From Amoebidium appalachense (lineage: Eukaryota; Protista; Ichthyosporea), in assembly GCA_963693365.1 (NCBI GenBank), contig CAVNZM010000008.1, forward strand, positions 8,932,818-8,996,817: DNA of 64,000 bases, written 5' to 3'. The notes below the pieces were generated by a model. It was not told the DNA's origin, did no database searches, and saw only the letters and a list, made by a program, of their open reading frames with translations. Both the position numbers and the translations under genes were made by a program. Positions 1 through 27,407 of this stretch are shown piece after piece (position 1 is the stretch's first letter; each line of letters opens with the position of its first letter).

Positions 1-9557
<9,557 letters not shown>

Positions 9558-10760
9558 GCACCTGCCGGGAGACACAGGTGCAAAGGGGAACTATTGCCTT
9601 GATTATTGTTGACAAGACCCTTGGCATGTCTTTGAATCCTCTTCCGCCATTTTCCTCTTGATCAATAGGACGTTGGTATCGATAAGCCTACGCTTGGCCA
9701 GGGGTTACTTTTATTTTGCATGATGACTGTAATGGTATAAATTTAATATTCTACATTTCTAACCCTCCTAGCAACCCGATCCTTGTTTATTCTTCCTCGT
9801 GATTATTAATTGGTGGCCCCTCAAAGCTTTCCTGCTTTTTCTGACACCAAGTTGCGACTGAAACTGGGTGCTTATTTGGGAGCAAATTGACCATATTGCA
9901 AAGGTGCACGTGTGCCTGTCTGTGCCACGTGGGTCTGTATGTAAACAGCGCCGGGTTCACGTGTACACACTGGTGTGCTGTTGGGTTAACGTTATATTTT
10001 CTGCAGCATCCCCAATTACTGATATCATATTCACACAATGTGCGTTGATGAGTGAACCGCGCAGGCCAGGCCTGAAAATCTGAAGGTGCTTATTAGCATT
10101 CAAACAGCTTGAACCCTCATGGGCCTATGCTAATTAGTTCAAGTGCATGTGTACAATGTCATGCTAGTGTATTGTGTGAACAGTGAGTGCGCGCTTCTGA
10201 TCGTGGCTCACCGTCACGGCCCTCTGAACACCCGTGCTCACCGTAGTGCCAAATTTACACAGTTTATCCGTGTACACGTGCATACGTTGGATACAACCAT
10301 TTGCATCTCAGGGTGACCACCATGAAGGAGGGCTCGTATATGCTGGGCTCGTATTCTCGCCTACAATACATATTCCAGGTTGTGGGATATCGATTCTGCC
10401 AGTGGGATTTGTATTCGCAGATCTATTCGGAGAAGATTAATGTCTATGATTGGCTGAAGGCAACCTATTCGAGCGATGCAAAAGGGGGCAAAACTGGAAC
10501 AACGCTGACGTAATCTTGCCTGGGCCCTGGCACCAGCCGCGGCGATGGTCGCCGTGCTCCGTGCGTGCATAGCAAAACTTTCGGCTCTATACTGTATACA
10601 GCTATAGTATTTTTTGGTCTTACCCAACTAAATACCGTTGTAGAGCTTTTAATTCAAACAAAGAGCGCTTCTACACAACCCAAAACGTAGGATACACGTA
10701 AACAAGGTGCTGCCATTGTGTGCGCTTTTCTTCATTCACTTGCTGTGATTGCTAGGTGTG

Positions 10761-16770
<6,010 letters not shown>

Positions 16771-17078
16771 TTTAGGCAATGGACTTTTTCCGTATTTGCC
16801 TTTTTTTTTTTTTTTGCATCTTACTCGTTAGGCACTGGTGGCGATGGTACCTACCTAATTAGGCAATGTCGGTTGTGGGCCTTTCTGGTTATTGATTGGA
16901 CCCGGTACCTTCCTAATTAGGTGCCTTGGGTTTCACACGTTGTATTGATATATTAGGTGCTTGTGTATGGATCTTGCTAGAAGACGAAAATGTACTGTGT
17001 TAAAAACTCTCTTGTGAACGAGGCAATACCGATTCAGGGCTGTTATTTCTGAGAAAAGGCCCCGGTAGACCAGGAAAA

Positions 17079-17123
<45 letters not shown>

Positions 17124-18424
17124 AGGCGCTTGAGTTGTGGTAACGGGATTGATTAACAGTAGGGTTTAATCATGGGCATTGTATGTATGTGCTAACGCGG
17201 TATACGTAGTCACTGTTTCTCTGTTGAAATTAAATGGAAACGGCGGGTATTTGGTGTCGTGGCCACAGGCATATAAGTGATACGTAATTGGTTGTGATTG
17301 AATGAAAGTACCAATTAGTAGTAGGTGACCATGTGGTGCAATGTTTTTATTGGTGTATATGGTGATTAAGGGTGAGCATTTGCTGTTAGATTCGAACGAT
17401 CGAGGAATCCCTTATGGAAATTTGACTGCTTTTTTAGGTTGTATAGTCCCTCTTAACCCTCTGCACAGACACACGCGCGTGCACATACACATACACACAC
17501 ACAAATGCACATGCACATAGGCACGCGCGCGCACACACACACACACACCCACACACTGTGACACACACACACAATCAAACAACACACGCACGCGCGCGCA
17601 CACACACACACAAACAACGCCCGCACACCCGCACACACATATACCCACAAACACCGCGGGTACGCACACACATGCACAACACAATCTGACTGCCCACATG
17701 CACATGTGCTCGCACACACAATGATGCACAGACAGACACCACCACGACTACATACACGTACACGCAGAGACACTTGTGTATGATTTTCCGCAGTGTTACG
17801 ATACAAAATGCATATGCCATGTGTACTAATTAAATACTGAATCATGCGTGTGTAGCAGCGGCGTGTTGTTAGAACTTATGATTCCAGTGTTGAATTTGGG
17901 CTCAAAAAGAACACCCAATATGCAAAACAAGACTGCCACTGTAATCATGTTGCAAGTATGAGTACGAACGCAAAAGATAACGAAAGCAATGAGCTATAGC
18001 GTTTGAGGAAATATTTAACGTAATGGTAGGCAAAAGGACCTCCCCCCTTCCCCACAACCCCCCCCCCCCCCCCTCCCCCGGCCCACCTGCAGCGGTTTTA
18101 CTACCCGGGCTCATGTCATCTCCTACCTTTTAGGGCCACCCCCTCCTCCTCCCTTCCCCCCCCCCCTCCCCCCTCCCACCCCCGTCCCCCGGGTCTCCCG
18201 GACCTTTCCTATTGTAGCCCACCACCTCCGGTGGCCAGCTAAGCACAAGGAGCAAACATGCATGGGAATGCACACATCGTGCGCATCATGCACACGCACA
18301 ATCATGTGGTCGTTTTTTTTTTTTTTTTTTTTTTTTTTTTGGGGGGGGGGGGGGGGTAACACACATATATCACCGTAGCGGCAGTGGGGCCCTGCGGAGG
18401 TGGGAGGTGGGGAGGTGGTGGTGG

Positions 18425-18463
<39 letters not shown>

Positions 18464-18644
18464 ATGTGGAGGGAGGATGAGGATACCGAAACAACCTTAT
18501 AATCATTTAGTGTCAGAAGAGGAGGGAAGGTTTCGTGGAACAGGGTGGGTTGGTAAGTGGATGTGTGTGTGTGTGTGTGTGGGGGGGGGCGCGGGCAGGT
18601 GGGAGGCGGGGCGTGGTGGTGGGTGGGTGGGTGGGTGGGTGGGT

Positions 18645-18683
<39 letters not shown>

Positions 18684-19247
18684 CAGCATGACCAATCGTA
18701 ATCGAGATTTAATTTATTTAGGACGACGACATACAGTGCCTTTTAAAAAAAGGCTAATTTATAGTCCCTCTATTTAATAGCTCGACAAGTGCCTGTTGGA
18801 GAACAATTTGTGTTCCCCTGTAGGTAACATTATTACAACAATCCCTATATTTATGTAGGTCCCATACCATTTTTCAGTTTATCTAAATGGTTCAGTCAAA
18901 TCAATTCATCATACTCACGGACATATCAGCAAAATCAGAGAGATTGTTTCTGGCTATGAGGTCAAAATAGCCGTGTTCCTAGGGAGGGACGGAAAAGGAA
19001 AAAAAGGGAAAAGAAAACCGAAACATCATAATATATATCATACTGAATCATTTATGATCGACGTACGTACAGTCGTTCCGGATACATAGCTTACAGAAAA
19101 AAAAAAGAACAATCCCAAATTCGAACATCACATGATAGTATTGTACAACAGAAGAAATTAAATACCGATGGCCATCAACATCATAGTACCGAAATACAAT
19201 GCAAAATTAGCGGGTGAACATAAGCTTGTGTTCGGGGAGCGGGGATG

Positions 19248-19296
<49 letters not shown>

Positions 19297-19343
19297 CTGC
19301 CTGTCAAAACAAGGAAACCTACTATTTACACATTTCTCATAAA

Positions 19344-20999
19344 TCACAAGAGGCTATCAACCGACCACAGTGGTGTTTTCCCTGCACCTTTTGAATTTTC
19401 CTTCGAAAGGGGGGTCTTATAAGCGTTGGAATGTCCATTGGACAATTCCTTGCGCAAAGACAGACCCTTCACATTCTCCAACCAATCGTCTCTGTCCGCC
19501 GCACTACGGAAGGTGCTAGAGGTGTGAATATCCCCCCAGCTGCTCGCACGGGACCTCTCCGAAAATTCGCTCTTCTGCTCCGGGTACCCAACGATATTCC
19601 AAACCGGGTCGGCAGTCGAATCGGGTTGTGATGCCGGGCTACGATCGTAAGACTCGGATCTCCCGCTCCACACACGTGTCTGCCTGCCTGCATGCAACTG
19701 GTACGGCTCACTCTGACGGCGGGCTGACCCTTGTGGGATATGGCCTCGGGGGGATCTTTCCGGGCCGGGCCCAGATGTTCTTCGGGTTGGGTTTTCCAAG
19801 TGTGTAGGGTAACGAGCCGCCATAACAGCCGCGTTGGGATAGTATGGTGCCGAATGAGAATCCGGGGAGTCTTCGCGCGCTCTCCGGTCATAAACAGTCT
19901 CGGGGGGGTCTGAAAATCGTCTCGGTTGGAAATAAGGCTCCTCCAGGTATGCGGTGCCGTTATGCTCACCCGTCGCTTTGCTTGTGTGCAGGGGAAACGT
20001 AGGGGAGGGGGGTCGGTGCCCAAATTTGATCGAAGGAATGGAAGGGGAGGATTGCGCAGAGCCGTGTCCGTGACTAAGTGAGCAGTTGAAAGGGGGGATG
20101 TTACTGGTCTGAGACGGGCGTCGTGAGGGAAAAGAACGGGGACTCTCCCAGTCCATCGCATAACTCTCCCACTCCTGTCTCACGTGGGCCTCGTACGAAC
20201 TGCTGTTGTCTTTCCTGTTGTTCTCAGAGTCCCGCGGCGGCGATTCGTTCCATCCCGTTTGAAGATTTCTCTCGCCATAATGCTGGGTGTTTTGCCTCGG
20301 TGCCCATTGTGTGGTTTCGTTTCCGCTTGGTGGGCGGGTGGTGGTTGGGGTAGGCGCAGTGCGCGGTTTCGGGGTTGTTTTTCCTCCTTTGCGGTAACGG
20401 AAATTGGGATGGTCCTTGCGATGTTGGTCGGCTATTGCTTTTGCCTTGAGAATGAAAGGCATTCGCTCGTCCTGTGATAGGTTAAGCCACATGTCGCCCA
20501 AAACCTTGCTGACAGCCTTGTTGTCTTTTCCCGGGTGCTCACGCTGGACCGCCGTACGATGCTCGCGTGCAAATATAAGAAATGAGTTCATGGGTCGACG
20601 GACACTGGCATCGCTCTGCTCGGATGATGTCGTTTCAACGGGCTTTTGGAGTTGGGGATTTGTGTTGTTTCTGTCGTGGTGTTCGAAAAAACTTTCTCGC
20701 GGTATTGGGTGAGAAGGGGCAGTAGTGTGAAAGCTCCCGCTTGACCTCCTTTCCTGCTGATTTTGCGTGCTGTTGTGTCTGTGCGACTGTGAATGGTAGA
20801 GGGGATCCGATGCTTCGTATTCTGTGTATGGGCTTGGACCTGGATAGGAAGAGTCATATTGGCTGTGGGTTTGCAAAAACTCCGTGTGTGTTGTGTAAGG
20901 AGAGGTAGGTGGTGATGTTTCCATATCACCGTCTGTGTAGTAGGAACTAATATTGGACGTGTGTTCCTGCCACATAGTGCTCTTACGTGCGTGAGACAT
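19344..20999 (-). CDS. Intronless sequence-specific HMG-box transcription factor (SOX/TCF/MATA class, Capicua/HBP1/BBX-like box)
   Basis: Long complex ORF containing VRRPMNSFLIFAREHRTAVQREHPGKDNKAVSKVLGDMWLNLSQDERMPFILKAKAIADQHRKDHPNFRYRK, flanked by S/P/Q-rich disordered sequence. The start Met is uncertain. Confidence 0.9.
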   Translation of the reverse strand: MSHARKSTMWQEHTSNISSYYTDGDMETSPPTSPYTTHTEFLQTHSQYDSSYPGPSPYTEYEASDPLYHSQSHRHNSTQNQQERRSSGSFHTTAPSHPIPRESFFEHHDRNNTNPQLQKPVETTSSEQSDASVRRPMNSFLIFAREHRTAVQREHPGKDNKAVSKVLGDMWLNLSQDERMPFILKAKAIADQHRKDHPNFRYRKGGKTTPKPRTAPTPTTTRPPSGNETTQWAPRQNTQHYGERNLQTGWNESPPRDSENNRKDNSSSYEAHVRQEWESYAMDWESPRSFPSRRPSQTSNIPPFNCSLSHGHGSAQSSPSIPSIKFGHRPPSPTFPLHTSKATGEHNGTAYLEEPYFQPRRFSDPPETVYDRRAREDSPDSHSAPYYPNAAVMAARYPTHLENPTRRTSGPGPERSPRGHIPQGSARRQSEPYQLHAGRQTRVWSGRSESYDRSPASQPDSTADPVWNIVGYPEQKSEFSERSRASSWGDIHTSSTFRSAADRDDWLENVKGLSLRKELSNGHSNAYKTPLSKENSKGAGKTPLWSVDSLL

Positions 21000-21577
21000 G
21001 ACTAAAACAACCGCACCCACAGGCCCACACATTTGGAAAGGGAAAACAAACTGACACCGATGATAAATTATGCCGGGAGAGATAGACGAAAAGGTGTCGT
21101 GCCGCGTGCCGTAGGCCGGTTGATAGCCACAGGGCAATCGCAAGCTCAACTTGTGCGCTTCCGTCCACGTGCACAGGTGCGCGCCTCAAATATAAATTAT
21201 GCTGTTTGCTTTTCGGTATGCGTAAAAAACCTGGTCTTGGGACCGTGCCGATTGAAGTTTCTGTTTTGTAACTTTTGTTTACAGCAGTGCAATGAGATGG
21301 GTGGGGTTTATGCACTTTGTATTGCTGCGGACATCGTCAGGGGCCCAGCCTCACTTAACTGCCTACTGCGTTTTCCAGCGCAGCCAATCAAATGCAGCTA
21401 CAAGTAGTGACTTATGAGATGATTTGCATACACAAGGAAACCGCACACCGAACTCTATGAATGGGGAAGTGAATGCGTGAATCGGATCATTCAAGCCGTT
21501 GAATGATCATGATAGACACGAAAAACTTCGTGATATTGGCTTGAGAAACACATCATTACAAAATTCTAGCACACACG

Positions 21578-21662
<85 letters not shown>

Positions 21663-22234
21663 CACGCACACACGCACACACAACCAGCTGATACTGAGTG
21701 TCCCAGGGGAGCCCGAAAAACAAAAAAAAAAAACAAAAAAAAACGGAGAACCCCAACTAATTGATTTTTCTTAGTCTTTATGGTGGCTCGTAGAGAAAGT
21801 AAACCCTGATATATAAACATCACCCGACAGCTATGCACGTGATCATGATATATATACCGCTGAGGGGATATTCCGAGCAAACCCCCCCCATACCTGAGAC
21901 TGGTCTCTCTTTGCCTCGAGTACACAGCGTAAACCCCTTCGTGATATGCTCGTGAGTGTTGGTTGTTTTATGCATGAGACGCCAGAATGCATTTGTTTGC
22001 CTTTGTGCACGCTGGTTTGCAAAACTTTGCATAGTGGTTGCACAACGGTGGGCATGCAACGATCTTTCCAAACACTTTGGTGCTTGCTACACCAATTAGG
22101 GCTTCTCTTGGGAAAAAAATTAAACAACCAATAGATTTCATCATCTCAAGATAGGCCATGATGACTCGATGAGGCTGCCCATTCCATTCAAGCACTGGCC
22201 AGTCAGAGCGAGGCTGGCGCGTGCCTATATGAGC

Positions 22235-22590
22235 GTAATCAGCGGCATAGTATAGGGGGAGCCATGAGGCTCGGGCAGGGTCTCGGCGGATCTGGTCTCT
22301 GCCTATGACTCCAAGTACAAATTCATATGCGTGTGATTGTGGGACAATCTCACTCATACGTCTCGGCGGCGGGAGTGAGCTCGCCCCGAGCTCATAGCAG
22401 TGCGCAGTGGAAAGCGGCTAGGCCATCAGAGGGCGGTCGGGCTGTCTCTGCTACCATATATGAAGGTAATCAGCGGCATAGTATAGGGGGAGCCATGAGG
22501 CTCGGGCAGGGTCTCGGCGGATCTGGTCTCTGCCTATGACTCCAAGTACAAATTCATATGCGTGTGATTGTGGGACAATCTCACTCATAC
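22235..22590. repeat. 125-bp identical direct repeat (22235-22359 and 22466-22590)
   Basis: GTAATCAGCGGCATAG...CAATCTCACTCATAC present twice with a ~106 bp spacer. Confidence 0.93.
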
Positions 22591-23872
22591 ATGCCGGGCG
22601 ATAAAAGCCGTTCAGATGACCAAATATTATATGCGCATGCAGTTTGGCGCATTTATTCGTCTCACGAGCACGCAAATCAAAAACACCTCAGCGTGCAACA
22701 AGTAGTAATTAGTTCCATTAGGCATAAAATTAATCGCTTATAATATATTCCATTTGCATATTCTCTGCCAAGCTACCCTTTACCTCTCCATGGAAACAAA
22801 AGCCGTACTGCATACACATAACGTCGAGCATCAGTTGACCAATCAGGTCTAAGTTCGACACATTCTAGCTTCAGCCAATCGATATTGCCTAACAGGCTGA
22901 GACTCTGAGAGTGAGACCTGCCGCCCGACTGCCCGAGTCAGGAGTCGGGACCGCAAAATGTGCACTTAGAGAACGCATATTGGTGCACTTAGCTATATGA
23001 ACAGTTTAAAAGAAATAATCGCTTTGATTAGCTATATGTGAGGCGTGAGCTCGCCCGCATAATTTGCATTGTTCACCAGCTAAGCTTGGAGCGAGAGTAG
23101 TTCGCGACTCCGAGATCTAATACTTGCAGAAATGTGAGGAATGCCGCTGAATCTGATTGGCAAATTCCAGTGGCGCCCTACACTAATTAGGGGTCTGTAG
23201 ATCTATCGGGAATTTCTCGTGATATTTAGGTACCTGTTGAGAAAGGAAAGAAGCCGGATATTTAGCCACGTTTTTGGGAAATGAAAATGATATTTAGGTG
23301 TAATTCTTGTTTTCATCGCCGCTGGTGCCACTTTTGTGCTGAACTTTTTAATCGCAAGCATGTTGATAGGTGTGAGTTTTTATGTCGCGTTTTACCTCTT
23401 TCCCCACGGGTGTCTGCTACACTAGCTGGCAATGTGAACACTTTAGACTTCTTGTTGAATTCTGTTGGTCGTCACATTGAGTATTTATATGATTTTCACA
23501 CAGTGTTCAGGTATCTCAGTATGCACTTGTTACTGGATAACTCGTGAAGTTTTTATTGTCTTCTCAGTATGCCGTGCATACTTGCATATCTTTCCGTCGA
23601 ATAATGTACGTTTCATATGCGCAGCAGATGAAAGATGTTTCACGGATCACTTCGGGCGCAGGCAGCCGGGCGGCCCATGACGTCACGGGCCGCGGCGCCA
23701 GGCGCAGCCGCAGCGGCGGCTGACATCGGTCTGGCGCAGCGCCTGACGTCAGGCGCCACCAGCGCCGGTATTTCCGGCGCAGCACACTGCAGATGCAGGC
23801 CACCTTCGTTTTCGCCGTGTGCTGCACGTACGGTTTTTGTTAGCACGATTGCGTTTTCGGTGGCTAGCACAC

Positions 23873-24372
23873 GCGGCAGCAGGTCGAGCAAAGCGAAATG
23901 CTGCATAGGCTCGAAGATGGCAGCCCCCCGGACCTCCGGGGACAGGTGGGGGCAGGGTGGGTTCGACTGGCTGCGCTGGCTGGCCCCCCAAACGGCCAGT
24001 TGCAGGGCATTGGGCGGCGGAGGCAGCTGGTGCATGTCGCCGCCCTGAGGGTCCTCCTCACGGGGGCGCTTGTTGGCGGGGGCGGAACCGGTAGGAACCC
24101 CCCTGTCACGGGGCCCCCTGCCGCTGCGGCGGGGGCCGTGGATGCTGTAGAGCAACCCCCCGGCAACGCCAACAAGCGCCCCCGTGAGGAGGACCCTCAG
24201 GGCGGCGACATGCACCAGCTGCCTCCGCCGCCCAATGCCCTGCAACTGGCCGTTTGGGGGGCCAGCCAGCGCAGCCAGTCGAACCCACCCTGCCCCCACC
24301 TGTCCCCGGAGGTCCGGGGGGCTGCCATCTTCGAGCCTATGCAGCATTTCGCTTTGCTCGACCTGCTGCCGC
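23873..24372. repeat. Perfect 206-bp inverted repeat (arms 23873-24078 and 24167-24372, 88-nt loop)
   Basis: The arms are exact reverse complements by inspection; both strands translate ANKRPREEDPQGGDMHQL...FALLDLLP. Confidence 0.93.
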
Positions 24373-26220
24373 CCACGGGCTCTTCTGTCCACACGCAGCG
24401 CCAGCCGGTTTCCCTGCCTGGCCTGCCTGCTGGCACGGTTGTGCTGCAGACGCCTGGCACCCAGCGCCAGCCCGCCCTGTGCCCGGACCTGCAGACCTAC
24501 CTGCGCTGCATCTTGCAGCTGCTACGCCTACGCATCAACGCCGACGCCCCCGTCACGGCCCTGCTGGCCCACGCCGAGTTTGTGGCCACTGAGTTGGCAC
24601 CCGAGTACCAGTGGGCTGCCATCATGCGCTGGGAGGATGCACACCGCCGGTCGTGCGCTGCCTCTGGCCGCCCACTCGACGCACCCGACGCTGTGCAGCT
24701 GGCCGTGTCCCTGTCTGGTGCCCGCCTGCACCAGGCACCCACCGCTCCCCGCACACCCCGGCAGCCTGCCTCTGGGGGGGCCACAGCCAGCCCTCGCACC
24801 AGCCCGGCCCCTGCTGCGGATGAGATATGCCGGGGCTTCAACACGGCCAAGGGCTGCACCAGGAAGGGACCCAACCCTTGCCGCTACAAGCACGCCTGCC
24901 TGAAGTGCGGCTCAGCGGCGCACGGCGCACACGCCTGCCCTCCCAACCCAGCCAACGGGGCGGGGGAAGGGGGGGGCCAACCCGGCTTAGGGGGCCCAGC
25001 CCCCTTTCGGGCAGGGGCTGACGTCAGCGCTGGGCCTGCCCTCTCCGTTGCCCTGCGGGGCCCATGGTCACCCCCCCCAGCGGCACCACCACAGACAGTA
25101 TCTGTCCCCAACTTCCGCCGTTTGTTTGAGTTGTTTCCGCACCCCGACAGTGCGTTTCAGCAGGCTCTGCTCCGCGACTTAGAGCTGGGCTTCTCGGTCG
25201 GTTACTTCGGCGAGCGGGTCACCCGGGTGGGCCGAAACCACCCGTCCGCGCTGGCGGCCCGTGAGCAGCTTGCAGCCGACATTGCGAAGGAAGTGGCATG
25301 CGGCCACATCCTGGGCCCCTTCACCCGCGACGAGATGGTGGCCCTTTATCCTTATTTTGTATCCTCGCCCCTCGGGGCAGTTCCCAAAAAGGGCGGCACG
25401 GGCGTCCGCCGCATCCACGACCTTTCCTTCCCGCGTGGCTCCAGTATCAACGATGGGGTCGATTACCCGGATCAGCTGGAGTACATCACCATCCGCACGG
25501 TGATGCAAACAGTAGCTCGGCTCGGCCAGGGCTGCTTCCTCGGGGCATACGACGTGAAGGGTGCCTTTCGTCACGGCCCGGTGCACCCAGACGACCAGCC
25601 ACTGCTGTCGTTCCAGCTGCTAGGCGCGTTCTATGTGGAGACCCGCCTACCGTTTGGCTTGCGGTCCAGCCCAGCGTTCTGGGAACGCATAGCTCAGGCC
25701 CTGCAGCACTTCGCCCACGCCCTCAACGCCACAGAGACACAGCATTTTGTGGACGACTTCTTTTTCGGCGGCCGTACGCTGCAAGAGTGCGCCTTCAACA
25801 TGCTGGTGTTTCGGTGGGTGTGCTCGAAGGTGGGTGTTACGCTTGCCGACGACAAAGTGCAGCTGCCCTCACACACGCTCATCTACTCTGGGCTCGAGTG
25901 GGACACTCTGCGCATGGAGGCCCGCTTACCTGCCGTCAAGCTGACCGAGCTCCGGGCCCTGCTAGCCGATTGGCGGGGTCGCACCAAGGCCACTGTTCGA
26001 GACCTACGGTCCCTGTGCGGCAAGCTCATGTGGTGTGCTCAGGTTGTGGCGCTGGGGCGTGCCCGTGCCTTTCTTCAACGCTTGCTTCATCTGCTGGCGG
26101 AGGCTGAGAGGGCCGGCCTAGGGCCCCACCACCACATCCGTGTCTGCGCCGACGCACGAGCCGACGTTGTGCTGTGGTCGGAGTTCCTCCCCGAGTGGAA
26201 CGGCATACGTGTGCTTACCC
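24167..26220 (+). CDS. Ngaro gag (5'-rearranged, Cys/His zinc finger) in frame with reverse transcriptase
   Basis: Gag finger ICRGFNTAKGCTRKGPNPCRYKHACLKCGSAAHGAHAC. RT motifs LGAVPKK, RRIHDLSFP, YDVKGAF, LPFGLRSSP, HFVDDFFF. Confidence 0.9.
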
Positions 26221-26709
26221 CCCCCCGTGCATCACATGTTCACCACAGATGCGGCCGGCAGCATAGGATGCGGTGGCTACTGGGGTCAAGCGTGGTTTCA
26301 CCTAGCATGGACGGACCATTGGCGCACGGTCATTGCTGGCGGAGATGTGTGGGCTTCCGTGCTGTTTGAGCTGGCTGGCAGTGCCGTGGCCCTGGCCTGT
26401 TGGGGTCCCAGCTGTCGCAACAGCCACATACGCGTGCTCACCGATAACGACGGTGCAGTATCTACGATCGCGTCCCGTCACTCCCCCGTCCCTGCCATTG
26501 CCCGGGTGCTGCGTCTCATCACGCTGATGGAAATGCGCTACACGGTGCTGGTCTCGGCCAAGCACATCCCTGGCGTGGAAAACTCGATTGCGGATGCCAT
26601 CTCGCGAGCACAGTGGGCCACTTTCGACCGGCTGCACCCGTGGCACGCACCAGTCCCAACACCCGTGCCTGAGTGGCTAGCGGGGTGGTTTGCTGCCCCT
26701 CTCTCGTGA
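26221..26709 (+). CDS. Ngaro RNase H, frameshifted relative to RT at a C9 run (26218-26226)
   Basis: FTTDAAGSIGCGG, LFELAG, VLTDNDGAV, HIPGVENSIADAISR are DIRS/Ngaro RNase H motifs. Removing one C restores the RT-RH fusion. Confidence 0.85.
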   Translation, partial: PPVHHMFTTDAAGSIGCGGYWGQAWFHLAWTDHWRTVIAGGDVWASVLFELAGSAVALACWGPSCRNSHIRVLTDNDGAVSTIASRHSPVPAIARVLRLITLMEMRYTVLVSAKHIPGVENSIADAISRAQWATFDRLHPWHAPVPTPVPEWLAGWFAAPLS

Positions 26710-27000
26710 TGGGGCTGGGCCGAGCCCCCTCCCCTGTTCCTTTGCCTTCGTATTGGGCTTGGCGTGTGGGCTGTGGGGGGCACCGACACCCCCCCTTCCC
26801 CCCTTCCCACTTTGTATATCGCACGAGTCATGTTCTGCAGTGGCGGCCGGGGCCGGCCCCCCCCCACTACACGAATTCGCTCAGATTCCCTCACTCACCC
26901 GGTGGAGTGTTTGGGACAATACATTACGGTCCTACGGTGTACACACGGTGTGCCTCTTTGTTCTGTGCTGGCCCGCAGTGCCAACTGCTTGTGGCGTGTC

Positions 27001-27040
<40 letters not shown>

Positions 27041-27407
27041 CTTCCCTCCCCCCCAACCCCCCCAGCCCCACCCTGCCACCCCTCCACCCGCCCCTTCGAT
27101 CGTGCATGCTTAACCTCGGTGTTACACACACATGCTCATACACACCCACTACACTAGCGCACACACACGCACGCCTACACCGCGGCTTGTGCGCGCATAC
27201 CCCCCCCTCCCCTTCCCCCGCCCTCCCTGCCAGCGCTGCATGCATCCTCTGCCCTTTAGCTACGCCCCCCCCCCCCCCTCCCCCCCCCTTGTTTGCCTGC
27301 CTGTGCACCCGCTTGCCTGCCGCCCACCCCGCTCGTTGCCTTTACCCCCCCCCCCCCCCCCCCCCTGGGACTCTAGGCATGATGCTCACACAGCTCTGTC
27401 CCTGCAG

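Noticed and set aside
10234-10627. Short ORFs between DJ-1 and the Vps62-DysF gene
   Set aside because: No recognisable motifs or consistent splice model.
23898-24166. N-terminus of the 823-aa ORF as genuine Gag
   Set aside because: It derives from the inverted duplication, i.e. antisense gag that happens to be open.
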